The notes below the pieces were generated by a model. The model made no database searches, was not told the DNA's origin, and was given only the letters and a program-made list of their open reading frames with translations. This document shows, one piece after another, positions 38,414-48,600 of a stretch of DNA of 49,604 nucleotides (its first letter is position 1; every line of letters starts with the position of its first letter). The translations under genes were made by a program, and so were the position numbers. The stretch comes from Acidobacteriota bacterium (GTDB lineage: Bacteria; Acidobacteriota; Thermoanaerobaculia; UBA5066; Gp7-AA6): positions 1-49,604 of the forward strand of contig JANMBR010000049.1 in NCBI GenBank assembly GCA_031360505.1, in the 5' to 3' direction.

Positions 38414-41400
38414 GTTCCCCTCACGAAGTCTTCCGAGAGCACGCGGTCGAAGGCCGCGATGGCGCGGTCGGCGTCGGCCTCGGAGAAGCTCAGCGGCGGT
38501 TTCATCTTGATCACGTTGTGCTCGGGGCCGTCGGTCGAGAGCAGGATGCCGTGGTCCTTCATGCGCTCGACGACGTAGGCGGCCGCGTCGGCGGCCGGCG
38601 CCCGGGCGGCGCGGTCGCGGACGAGCTCGATGCCCAGGAAAAGGCCGAGCCCGCGCGCGTCGCCGACGATCGGGTGCCGGTCGAGCAGATCGAGCAAGCC
38701 CTGCTTCAGGCGGCCGCCGACGGTGCGCGCTCGTTCCTGCAGCTGTTCGTCGCGAATGACATCGAGCACGGCGAGGCCGATCTCGCAGGAGACGGGATTG
38801 CCGCCGAACGTGTTGAAGTACTCCATCCCGTTCGCGAAGGCGGCTGCGATTTCGGGCGTCGTGACCACGGCCCCGAGCGGATGCCCGTTGCCGATGGGCT
38901 TGCCCATCGTGACGATGTCCGGCACGACGCCCTGCGTTTCGAAGCCCCAGAAGCGCTCGCCGATCCGGCCAAAGCCCACCTGGACCTCGTCGGAGATGCA
39001 GACCGCGCCGGCGCTGCGGGCGTGGACGTACGCCGCTGCGAGGTAGCCCGGCGGCAGCTCGATCTGGCCGCCGCAGGAGAGCAGGCTCTCGCACAGGAAG
39101 GCGGCGGGCCGGACGTTGCCGGCGCGCAGCGCTGCGAACGCCTCCCCGACGTGGCTGGCGAATTTCTCTCCGCGCGCGGGATTGTCCCGCCGGTAGAGCC
39201 CGCGGTAGTCGTCGGGCATCGGAGCCTTGCGGACCCACGCCGGCAGCCCCTGTCCGCCGGGGCCCTCGGACTTGTAAGGGCTGACGTCCACCAGCCCCTG
39301 CGTGTTGCCGTGGTACGCGCCGTCCACGACGACGACGCCGCGGCCTCCGCTCCTGGCGCGGGCCATCCTGAGCGCGAGCTCGTTGGCTTCGCTGCCGGAG
39401 CAGACGAAGAAGCAGACCGAGAGCGGGTCGGGCAGCGTCGCCGTCAGCCGCTCCGCATAGCGAACGATCGACGGGTGGAGGTACCGCGTGTTGGTGTTCA
39501 AGACCGCCATCTGCCGGGAGCCGGCGCGCACGACCCTGGGGTGGCAATGCCCGACGTGCGCGACGTTGTTGACCATGTCGAGGTACGCGCGACCGGTCGC
39601 GTCGTAGAGATACGTGCCCGCGCCGCGAAGGATCTCGAGGGGAGCGCGGTAGGAGAGCGAGAGCGACGGCCCGAGGCGCCGCCGCCGTTCGGACCCGAGG
39701 CGCTCTCCCTGCTCCCGCGCGGCGCGAAAGCGCGGCGGGCCGCCGAGAATGAGGTTGGGATCCGGGCACAGTGAGAGCCACGCCGCCCGGGCGCTCGCCG
39801 CGGCGACGCCGGGAAAGTCGCCTCGCATGTCGAGCATGTCGGCGATGAGCTGGAAGTGAACGTGGGGCGGCCAGTCGCCGTTCTCCGGCGCCGGCCCGAT
39901 CGAGCCGATCGTCTTGCCCCGCTCGACGCGGTCTCCCGCCGCGAGGTGGGCGACCGAGGCGCGCGCCAGGTGCCCGTACAGCGTGTAGAAAATCGGCGCC
40001 GCCTCGGGCGCGTGCTCGAGGATGACGGTCGGGCCGTAGTCCAGCCGCGCCGCGTTGTCGCGCACGCTGTGAACGCGGCCGGGCAGGGGCGCGAGGACGG
40101 GGGAGCCGGGCTCCAAGAAGATGTCGATCGCGATGTGCACGGTCCGCCGCTCGGGATGTTCCCCGCCGGATCCCGCGAACGCATCGCTGATGTAGAGCAG
40201 CCGCGCCTCGTCGTAGCGGCCGATCCCGATCGGCGTGCTCCGCGCGCGCATGGCTCCGAAGAGCTTCGTGGTCATGGCCGGCGTGTCGGTCGTCTCCGCG
40301 GGCGTTGCGAACAGGGGGCTTCCGACCGAGAGGTCGAAGACGACGGCTTTGTCGAGCGGCCCGTCGACGACCGGCCCGATCTCGGATCGGTGCGCGCCGA
40401 GCCACGCTTCGATCGCCGGAGTCTGCGGACAGGGTGTGCGCCCGCAGGCGGCGCGCAGACGGTAGTGGGCCAGCCGGGGGTGCACGGTCCGCATGCGCTC
40501 GAGCGCCTCCCAGGCCGGGGTCTCGCTGACCATCAGGTAGAGGTTGTCGGGCTGCGCCGAGCGGCGGTGCGCGGAGAGGCACACGCTCGTGCACAGCCGC
40601 ATCGCCGTGAGGTTCCACAGAGCCTCGAGCTCCGAGTCGGTCAACGGATTCACAGGATCGTATCCGGCCGCGAGCTGACAGGCGGTCGCGACCGGGTCCT
40701 CCTTGCCGAAGATCGCGTAGGCGATTGCCACCGCGAGCTCGCACACGGTCCAGGTCTCCACCATGTCGCCGAAGTCGAGCAGGCCCGACACGGGGCGCCC
40801 CGCCGGCGTCGGTTCGCCGACGAGGACGTTGTAGTCGTTGGCGTCGTTGTGAATGATGCTGCGCCGCAACCGCCCCGTGATCGGCACGACGGCGCGCTCG
40901 TGCTCGGCGACGAAATGGTCGACGAGGGCGCGGCGCTCGGGGTCCCGGATGGCCTCCCGGTGTCGGGCGATGATCTCGAGAGCGCGGTCCGGGTTCCAGA
41001 GCAGGTCGCGCCCCCGGGCGGCCGCGTGGATGAATCCCTCGAGGGCCCGGTCGAGCTCGCCCAGCAAGCGTCCGACCGAGCCGAGCAGCCTGGCGGTTTG
41101 CGGCCTCGCGTCGGCCAGGATCGTGCCCGGCAGGTAAGTGAGCAGCCTGAGCAGGCGTCCGTCGGCCTCGCCAATGGAGGCCCCGTCGGTCGTCGGGCAC
41201 AGGCGCGGCAGCGGCAGCGCCGGCGCCCGCACCGCGAGCCATCCGAGGGCATCGTTCTGCAGGTCGAGGACCTCGCGCCTCTCCGAAGCGCCCGAGATCT
41301 TGAGAACGAAAGGGCCGCGCTCGGTCGAGAGCGCGAAGTTCTGATCGCGCTCGCTCGGCAGCTCGCGCGCGGCCGCCGCGAGCCCGTAGAGGGAGCGGGC

Positions 41401-41436
41401 GAGGCGGATCGCGTCCTTCTCCTGGATTCGCGTCAT
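38410..41436 (-). CDS. Fusion: APH/hydroxylysine-kinase-like phosphotransferase + M23-like domain + class III PLP aminotransferase/phospho-lyase (1008 aa)
   Basis: [18 protein letters not shown] and DFGD (kinase); HIAID, YGHL and PHVHFQ (M23); [33 protein letters not shown] and NTFGGNP (class III). Confidence 0.92.
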   Translation of the reverse strand: MTRIQEKDAIRLARSLYGLAAAARELPSERDQNFALSTERGPFVLKISGASERREVLDLQNDALGWLAVRAPALPLPRLCPTTDGASIGEADGRLLRLLTYLPGTILADARPQTARLLGSVGRLLGELDRALEGFIHAAARGRDLLWNPDRALEIIARHREAIRDPERRALVDHFVAEHERAVVPITGRLRRSIIHNDANDYNVLVGEPTPAGRPVSGLLDFGDMVETWTVCELAVAIAYAIFGKEDPVATACQLAAGYDPVNPLTDSELEALWNLTAMRLCTSVCLSAHRRSAQPDNLYLMVSETPAWEALERMRTVHPRLAHYRLRAACGRTPCPQTPAIEAWLGAHRSEIGPVVDGPLDKAVVFDLSVGSPLFATPAETTDTPAMTTKLFGAMRARSTPIGIGRYDEARLLYISDAFAGSGGEHPERRTVHIAIDIFLEPGSPVLAPLPGRVHSVRDNAARLDYGPTVILEHAPEAAPIFYTLYGHLARASVAHLAAGDRVERGKTIGSIGPAPENGDWPPHVHFQLIADMLDMRGDFPGVAAASARAAWLSLCPDPNLILGGPPRFRAAREQGERLGSERRRRLGPSLSLSYRAPLEILRGAGTYLYDATGRAYLDMVNNVAHVGHCHPRVVRAGSRQMAVLNTNTRYLHPSIVRYAERLTATLPDPLSVCFFVCSGSEANELALRMARARSGGRGVVVVDGAYHGNTQGLVDVSPYKSEGPGGQGLPAWVRKAPMPDDYRGLYRRDNPARGEKFASHVGEAFAALRAGNVRPAAFLCESLLSCGGQIELPPGYLAAAYVHARSAGAVCISDEVQVGFGRIGERFWGFETQGVVPDIVTMGKPIGNGHPLGAVVTTPEIAAAFANGMEYFNTFGGNPVSCEIGLAVLDVIRDEQLQERARTVGGRLKQGLLDLLDRHPIVGDARGLGLFLGIELVRDRAARAPAADAAAYVVERMKDHGILLSTDGPEHNVIKMKPPLSFSEADADRAIAAFDRVLSEDFVRGT

Positions 41437-41516
41437 CGAGTCTGAGGTCGTCCCATGGCGTTGCGTGTGGGGGAGATTAGCTCGAAATCGCCCCTCGGCT
41501 GATATTCTCGGCCGCC

Positions 41517-42764
41517 ATGCAGACCGCACTCAGGTCCGTCCTCGACGTGAAGACCATTCGCGGCCACTTTCCCGCGCTCGAACGCGTGCACGAAGGCCGC
41601 CCCGTCGCGTACTTCGACGGCCCGGGCGGCACGCAGGTCCCGCGCGCGGTCGTGGACGCGATGTCCGACTACCTGCTCCACCACAACGCCAACACCCACT
41701 GGCGCTATCCGAGCTCGGTCGAGACGGATGCCGCCCTCGCCGCGGCCCGCTCGGCCCTGGCGGATTTCCTGAACGCCGACGCGTCCGAGATCGTGTTCGG
41801 CCAGAACATGACGACGCTGACCTTCCACCTGTCCCGGGCGCTCGGGCGGCAGTGGGGCCCGGGGGACGAGATCGTCGTGACCGAGCTCGACCACCACGCC
41901 AACATCGATCCCTGGAGGGCGCTCGCGAAGGACCGGGGCGTCACGGTCCGCACGGTGAAGATGCGGCCGCAGACGGGAGATCTCGACTGGGCCGATCTCG
42001 AGCAGGCCATCTCGCACCGCACGAAGCTCGTCGCGATCGGCGGCGCCTCGAACGCCCTCGGCACCATCAACGACGTGCGCCGGGCGGCAGAGCTGGCGCA
42101 CGCGGCGGGAGCCCTCTGCTTCGTGGACGCCGTGCACTACGCGCCGCACGTCCTGGTGGACGTCAGGCAGATCGGCTGCGATTTCCTCGCGTGCTCCCCC
42201 TACAAATTCTATGGGCCGCACCTCGGGGTGCTCTGGGGCCGCCGCGAGCTGCTGGAGACGGTGGACGTGCCGAAGCTCGAGCCGGCCCCCGGTTGGGCGC
42301 CCGAACGGCTGGAGACCGGGACCCTCTCCCACGAGGCCATCGTCGGCGCGGCAGCGGCAGTGGATTTCCTGGCCTCGCTGGCCGCTGCGCCGGGCCTGGG
42401 GCGCCGGACCGCGCTCGCGGCCGCGTTTGCCGAGCTCCACGCGCGTGGACAGCACCTCTTCGAGCATCTCTGGGACGGCCTCGGGCAGATCCAGGGCGTG
42501 ACGCGCTACGGGTTGCCTCCCGGCGCGCCGCGGACGCAGACCATTTCTTTCGCGTTGGACGGCCGCACTTCCGACGAAGTCGCCGAGGCCCTTGCCCGCC
42601 GCGCGGTCTTCGCGTCGAGCGGTGACTTCTACGCTCTGACGGTCGTCCGACGCCTCGGCCGTGAAAAGGACGGCGTCGTGCGCGCGGGCTGCGCGTGCTA
42701 CACGACCGAAGAGGAGATCGAGCGCCTCGTCGCTGGCGTGCGGGAGATCGCCTCGGTGCCGTAG
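41517..42764 (+). CDS. Cysteine desulfurase-like class V PLP enzyme (VC1184/TIGR01976 type)
   Basis: YFDGPGGTQVP, FGQNMTTL, LDHHANIDPW, VDAVHYAPH, SPYKFYGPH, GDFYA. Confidence 0.9.
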   Translation: MQTALRSVLDVKTIRGHFPALERVHEGRPVAYFDGPGGTQVPRAVVDAMSDYLLHHNANTHWRYPSSVETDAALAAARSALADFLNADASEIVFGQNMTTLTFHLSRALGRQWGPGDEIVVTELDHHANIDPWRALAKDRGVTVRTVKMRPQTGDLDWADLEQAISHRTKLVAIGGASNALGTINDVRRAAELAHAAGALCFVDAVHYAPHVLVDVRQIGCDFLACSPYKFYGPHLGVLWGRRELLETVDVPKLEPAPGWAPERLETGTLSHEAIVGAAAAVDFLASLAAAPGLGRRTALAAAFAELHARGQHLFEHLWDGLGQIQGVTRYGLPPGAPRTQTISFALDGRTSDEVAEALARRAVFASSGDFYALTVVRRLGREKDGVVRAGCACYTTEEEIERLVAGVREIASVP

Positions 42765-42811
42765 AGGCGGGGCTTGCCCCCGCCCGCGGGCGGCCCAAGG
42801 GCCGCCCCTAC
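42761..42811 (+). repeat. GTAG-type REP doublet (REPIN-like), copy B
   Basis: GTAG-AGGCGGGG-CTTG-CCCCCGCCC-GC-GGGCGGCC-CAAG-GGCCGCCC-CTAC: two hairpins bounded by GTAG and CTAC. Confidence 0.8.
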
Positions 42812-42875
42812 GAAACCGCATTTTTCTCCAGCAGCGCGGTCGCGAGCGCATCGCGTCTGACCGATAATCCCACCC

Positions 42876-43898
42876 GTGAAGGCCGTTCGCATCGATGCCT
42901 CGGGGGCAGTGGCCGTCGTCGAGATGCCCGTGCCGTCGATCGGTCCCGGCGAAGCGCTCGTGCGTCCGCGCGTTTCCGGGATCTGCGGCTCCGACCTGCT
43001 CGACTGGTACGCGCGGCGCAAGGCCGGCAGCGTCCTCGGCCATGAGCTGGCGGGGGAGATCCTTGCCGTCGGCGAAGACGTGACCGATTTCGCTCCCGGC
43101 GATCGCGTCGTCCCCCACCACCACGCGCCGTGCTTCTCCTGCCGGGAATGCGAGGGCGGACTGTACGTCCATTGCGCCGAGTGGCGCTCCTCGCAGCTGG
43201 ATCCAGGCGGGATGGCCGAGGCCGTGCGGATCCCGGCGGGGAATCTCTCGCGCGACACGCAGAAGATTCCCGACGGCGTCTCCGACGAGCAGGCTTGCTT
43301 CACCGAGCCCCTGGCCACGGTGCTCAAGGCCTTCCGGCGGGGCAGGTTCGCGGCGGGCCGTTCCTTCCTCTGCGTGGGCCTCGGCACGGCGGGGCAGCTC
43401 GCGCTGCGCGTGGCGCGAGCGTCCGGGGCCATCGGGATCGGCGCGGCCGATCTCGTCCGTTCCCGCCTCGCGCTCGCCCTGGCGAGCGGGGCCGAGGGCG
43501 TCGTGGACGTCGCGAGCGAACCGCTGGCCGTCGGCGCGCGGCGGCTCTCGAACGGGCGCGGGTTCGACTTCGTCTTCGTCTGTCCCGGCAAGTCCGACGT
43601 GATCCGCGAAGCGCTGCAGGCGGTGGCACCCGGCGGCACGCTGCTCGTCTTCACGATGGCGCCGCCCGGAGAGGTCTGGCCGGTGGACCTCTATGAGCTC
43701 TACTTCCGGGAGATCTCCGTCGTTCCGTCCTATTCCTGCGGCCCCGACGACACGCGCGAGGCGCTCTCCGCGATCGCGAGCGGCCGGATTCCGGTCGCCG
43801 ACCTCGTCTCGCATCGCTTCGGGATCGCGCAGGCCGTCGAGGCGTTCGCGCGGGCGCGGGAGCCCGAGGGATCGATGAAGGTCGTGATCGCGCTTTGA
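42876..43898 (+). CDS. Zinc-binding alcohol dehydrogenase family protein
   Basis: GICGSD, LGHE, CFSCREC..G...HC, TEPLA, GLGTAG. Confidence 0.9.
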   Translation: MKAVRIDASGAVAVVEMPVPSIGPGEALVRPRVSGICGSDLLDWYARRKAGSVLGHELAGEILAVGEDVTDFAPGDRVVPHHHAPCFSCRECEGGLYVHCAEWRSSQLDPGGMAEAVRIPAGNLSRDTQKIPDGVSDEQACFTEPLATVLKAFRRGRFAAGRSFLCVGLGTAGQLALRVARASGAIGIGAADLVRSRLALALASGAEGVVDVASEPLAVGARRLSNGRGFDFVFVCPGKSDVIREALQAVAPGGTLLVFTMAPPGEVWPVDLYELYFREISVVPSYSCGPDDTREALSAIASGRIPVADLVSHRFGIAQAVEAFARAREPEGSMKVVIAL

Positions 43899-44632
43899 AG
43901 TCGAAGAGGCGCCTCGATCTGCTCCTCGTCGAGCGGGGCCTCGCGCCGACGCGGGAGAAGGCGCAGGCCCTGATCCTCGCCGGGCTCGTCGAGGTGGACG
44001 GGCGGCCAGGAGCCAAGGCGGGGGCGAGCTTCGACGAGTCCGCCGAGATCGCCGTGTCGGGACCGCCGCACCCGTACGTGTCGCGGGGCGGCGTGAAGCT
44101 CGCCGCGGCCCTCGACCATTTCGCGATCGACCCCGCGGGGTTCGTGTGCCTCGACGTCGGAGCCTCGACGGGGGGCTTCACGGACTGCCTGCTGCAGAGG
44201 GGCGCCGCGCGGGTGTACGCCGTGGACGTCGGCCACGGACAGCTCGACGCGCGCATCCGATCCGACGCCCGTGTCGTCGTCCACGAAAAGGTCAACGCGA
44301 GGTCGCTGTCCGCCGTCGAGGTCCCCGAGCGCGTCGACCTCGCCGTGGTAGACGTCTCGTTCATCTCGCTGCGCCTCATCCTGCCTGCGGTCGCCGGCCT
44401 CGTGAAGCCGGGCGCCGCGATCGTGACGCTCGTCAAGCCCCAGTTCGAGGCCGGTCGCGCGGAGGTTCCCCGCGGGGGCGTCGTGAAATCGGAAGAGGTG
44501 CGGCGGCGCGTGGTTCTCGAGATCGAGGAGGCCGGCCAGCGGCTCGGCCTCGAGGTTCTCGGGTCGATGCCGGCGCCCATCCGGGGGGCCCGCGGCAACG
44601 AGGAGTTTCTGCTCGGATTTCGTGTAAATTGA
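43895..44632 (+). CDS. tlyA: TlyA family rRNA (cytidine-2'-O)-methyltransferase
   Basis: RLDLLLVERG S4 domain, YVSRGGVKL, LDVGASTGGFTD, DVSFISL, LVKPQFE, GNEEFL. Confidence 0.96.
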   Translation: MKSKRRLDLLLVERGLAPTREKAQALILAGLVEVDGRPGAKAGASFDESAEIAVSGPPHPYVSRGGVKLAAALDHFAIDPAGFVCLDVGASTGGFTDCLLQRGAARVYAVDVGHGQLDARIRSDARVVVHEKVNARSLSAVEVPERVDLAVVDVSFISLRLILPAVAGLVKPGAAIVTLVKPQFEAGRAEVPRGGVVKSEEVRRRVVLEIEEAGQRLGLEVLGSMPAPIRGARGNEEFLLGFRVN

Positions 44633-44637
44633 GCAGG

Positions 44638-45522
44638 ATGAAGGGGTCCCACCGCTCCGCGCCGAAGTTCCGGCGAGTCGGGATCGTTGCCAAGATCGGC
44701 TCCGCTAAGGCGGTGGATCTGGCGGCGACTCTCGAGAAGGCGCTCAAGCGCCGGGGCCGCCGCGTGGTCTTCGACACGGAAACCGCGCAAGCCCTGCGCC
44801 GCCCGGGCGCAGTGGCCCGCACCCGGATCGCGCGGGAGACGGACCTCGTGCTCGTCCTCGGCGGCGACGGGACCCTGCTCTCGGTCGCCCGCGCCGCGCC
44901 CCCGGGCACGCCGCTGCTCGGGGTCAACCTCGGGCTGCTCGGCTTTCTCGCAGGGCTCTCGCAGAAGGAAGTGACCGGGCGCCTCGACGACGTTCTCGCT
45001 GGCCGATTCCGGGAGGACCGGCGGCGGCGGATGGACGTGTCCATCGCCCGCGGGCCGCACCACGGCAAGTACCGCGTCCTGAACGACGCGGTCCTGAATC
45101 GCGAAGCACTGGCCCGCATCTCGACGTTCACGATCGAGCTCGACGGACGCCCGGTGGCCGAGTTTCGCGCCGACGGCGTCATCGTCTCGACGCCCACGGG
45201 CTCGACCGCTTACAACCTCTCCGCCGGGGGACCGATCCTGCATCCGGCCCTTCCGGCGATCGTCATCACGCCCATTTGTCCCCACACGCTCGGGCAGCGC
45301 CCGCTCGTCGTTCCGGCGTCCACGCGAATCCGCGTGCGCGTTCTCGGGCCCGAGCGGCGCGACGGCGGCGTGTATCTGACCCTCGACGGGCAGGAGGGGT
45401 TCCCGATGCTCGCCGGTAGCCCGGTCGACGTGAGGTCGAGCGCTTCCTCGGTGACCCTGCTGCGCCCCGCCGAGTCCGATCACTTCGATCAGCTCGCCGG
45501 CAAGCTGTCCTGGGGAGTTTAG
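44638..45522 (+). CDS. nadK: NAD(+) kinase
   Basis: LGGDGTLL, GVNLGLLGFL, LND, ADGVIVSTPTGSTAYNLSAGGP. Confidence 0.96.
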   Translation: MKGSHRSAPKFRRVGIVAKIGSAKAVDLAATLEKALKRRGRRVVFDTETAQALRRPGAVARTRIARETDLVLVLGGDGTLLSVARAAPPGTPLLGVNLGLLGFLAGLSQKEVTGRLDDVLAGRFREDRRRRMDVSIARGPHHGKYRVLNDAVLNREALARISTFTIELDGRPVAEFRADGVIVSTPTGSTAYNLSAGGPILHPALPAIVITPICPHTLGQRPLVVPASTRIRVRVLGPERRDGGVYLTLDGQEGFPMLAGSPVDVRSSASSVTLLRPAESDHFDQLAGKLSWGV

Positions 45523-45645
45523 TGTTCTGTCACCGAAGTTTCGATAGCGCCAGGCGGCTTCTGACAACCACCGTGGCCCTCGCTCTTGGGCCTTCTTGCA
45601 TCTTTCGAGCGAAGAGATGGCGATCGTGACTTCGGTTACAGGACG
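45523..45645. mobile_element. 123-bp MITE-like element with terminal inverted repeats and YTAG flanks
   Basis: Left TGTTCTGTCACCGAAGTTTCGAT vs reverse complement of right CGTCCTGTAACCGAAGTCACGAT (18/23). Flanked by TTAG (45519-22) and CTAG (45646-49). Confidence 0.6.
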
Positions 45646-45655
45646 CTAGGCAGGC

Positions 45656-48600
45656 ATGGAAGAGGGGGATGAGGCGCCGCACGAGGCGCAACCTCTCTCG
45701 ACGTCCCGACTCTTTCTCGTCGTCGTCGTCTTCCTCGTTCTCGCCGGCTACGCGATCTGGAATTCCGACCGGTTCCAGTCGCTCTTCCAGGGCGTTTCGG
45801 AGCAGCGGCTCTCGCAGCTGCTCCAGCGGCCGGTGAGCTTCCGGCGCGTGGATTTCTCGATCTTTCCTCCCTCGGTGCACCTGGCCGACGTGCGCGTGGG
45901 CAACGACCCGCGCGCCCCGGAGGGCCCGCTGCTCGAGGCCGAGGAACTGACGATCGGCGGCGGCGTTTCGGTCACGGGGGGCGAGCTGCGTTTCGGACGT
46001 GTGCGCGCGCTCCACCCGAAGGTCTCGCTGGTCCAGTTTCCCGACGGGACGTGGAATCTTCCGCCGGGCCTTTCGCGGCCGGCGTCCAAGGGCGGGCTCT
46101 CGGTCAAGATCGGGGAGCTCGTCGTGCAGCAGGGCACCTTTGGGTTCGAGGGGCGTAAGTCGGACATCGACGGCCGACTCGAGAACTTCGCGGCCGAGCT
46201 CGCTTCGCTGCCGGGCAACAACTACCGCGGGTCGCTTGCCTGCCGCAGGACGACGCTGCGCCTGTCCGGCGACGAGCCGCTCGTCTTCGGCGTGGACCTC
46301 GCCTTCCGCTCGGGCCCCGCGTCGGGCGTGCAGATCGATTCGCTGCGCATCGTGGGAGATTTCGGCGAGCTGCGCGCGTCGGGCTCGGTCGAGGACTTGA
46401 AGAACCCGGAGATCCTCCTGCGGGCCACGGGCGAGCTCCACGTGGCCGAGGTCGAGCGAGTGTTTCACTCGGCGCTCGGCTTCGCCGGCGACGCGCGCGT
46501 GGACGCCGAGCTTTCGCTGCCGCCGCAGGGGGGCTTCCGGATCGCGGGGCGGCTCGGCGTGGCTTCGCTCGACGCCAAGGGCTTTCTGCTCGAAGGCTTC
46601 GAGGCCGCGGTGGTCGCCCGCCCGGACGCGCTCGTCGCGCGGATCGAGAAGGCGCGCTACGCGGGGGGCGACATTTCCGGCGTCTACCGCATCGAGAATC
46701 TCGCCGGCCACGGCCGCCCCTCGCCCATGACCCTCTCGCTCGAAGGCAAGGGCATCTCGGTCGAGCGCTTTTTCGGCGATCTCAGGCTTCCGGGCACGGG
46801 GCTTTCGGGATCGGCGGCGCTCGCAGCGACGCTGCATTGGTCCGAGGGAGGCATCACGCGCTCCAACGGCGCGGCGAAGCTCTCGATCGAGCCGGGCCCT
46901 GCGGTCTCGATCGTCCGGGGCCGCTTCGGGATCCCGATCGGCGGCGGCGGCACTCTTCCGGTCGTGGACGGGCGCATCGGCTTCGAGGGGACGACCTTCC
47001 GATTCCCCTCGTCGACCCTCGAGGCGACCGGGGGGCTGCGCATCGGCGAGTGGCTGCCCGACTTCGACTTCCAGCTGCGTTCGCGCGACCTGGCGGAGGT
47101 GGACCGCCTCTTCCAGAACTTCGTCGGGGCGTCCGGCTCCGTGCCGAGCCCCCTCGGATTCGGCGGCAGCGGTGACGTCTCGGGCCACATCGCCGGGTCC
47201 TGGGGCAACCCCGATGTGGCGGCGAAGTTTTCGGCCGAGAACGCGCTGTACGGCGGGGTGCTCTTCGGCAGCGTGCGCGGAGCAACCGACATGCACGACG
47301 GCGCCTTCCTATTTCATCCGCTAAGGGCATACGAAGGGAGCGCGACGATTTCGCTCGAGGGAACGGTGCGGTACCGCAAGGACCCGGCGCGCCCCACGTT
47401 GGACCTGGCCGTGACGGCCAAGGACTTTCCGGTGTCCCGCTTTCTCGAGTACCTGGACCTCGACTACCCGATCGAGGGCCGTCTGACGGGGAGCTTTCCC
47501 CTCGTCGGCAACCCGTCCGAGGGAGTCACCGGTTCCGGCGCTGCGGCCCTCGACGACGCAGTGATCTGGGGCCAGAAAGTCGCGCGGATCACCGGACGCA
47601 TGGAGCTGACCCCCGGCCACTTCGAGCTCGGCGACGTGCGCGCGGACCTCGGTGGGGGCATGCTCGGCGGGCGCCTCGCGATCGCCTACCGTGCGAAGAC
47701 GTTCGAGGCGCGCGCGGCCGGAGACGGCATTCCGCTCGAGGCGCTCGGAGCGCTCTCGGAGGTGGCGCGCGAGGTCTCCGGCCGGCTTTCCTTCGAGCTG
47801 GCCGGCTCGGGGCCCTTCGACAAGCCCGACCTGACGGCGTCGGCGAGTCTGTCCGACGCGATCGTTTACGGACACCCGATTCCCGCGGCCATGGAGCCGC
47901 GCCTCGCGGTGCGCGTCGTCCACGGCGACTTCCAGGGCGAGCTCTCCGTTGCCGAGCGCTGGAGCCTGTCGGCGCAAGGGGACCTCTCCGCCTCGCCGCT
48001 CGCCTTCGATGTCGGGGTCGACGTGCGCGATCTGGCGGCGCTGCTCCTCTTCACGCCCGCGATGCTGCCGGCCGGCGACGGAGGAGCGCTGGCGGCGCGC
48101 GGCCAGGTCCGTCTTGCCTCCGGGCAAGGGCAGAAGCCGTCGGCGCAGTTCGTGGTCACCGAGGCACGGCTGGATGCGCGCGACCGGCCCGCGCTGGTCC
48201 GCAGCGCCAGCGACTTCAATGTGTCGCTCGATAACGGACGGATCGTGGTCGGCGACGTGCACGCCGTTGGCGAAGGCGTGGATTTGCTCCTGCGCGGCAA
48301 GCTCGATCTCGCGGCGCAGAAGCCGACGGTCGACGCCAGGGTGACGGGCAGCGCCGACGCCGTACTCCTGTCCCTCGCCATGCCCGACCTCGGCCTGACG
48401 GGCCGCCTGTCGATCGACCTCGCGGTGGCCGGGCCCACCGAGAGCCCGGCCTGGAACGGGTCGGCCCGCATCGAGAACGGGCGCTACCGCGCCGCGGGCT
48501 ACGTCTTCGACGACATCGAGGGCGGCGCACGCCTGGTCGGGTCCGGCGGCGAGATCGAGGGGCTGCGCGCCAGGGTCGGCGAGGGCGAGGCGTTTCTCGC

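Noticed and set aside
38414-41242. 1312-aa ORF 37304-41242 as one giant protein
   Set aside because: Its first 943 codons are Arg/Pro-rich alternative-frame text over the fusion gene. Only the part from MKRLVR (38413) is a real protein, with a signal peptide and ATGA coupling.
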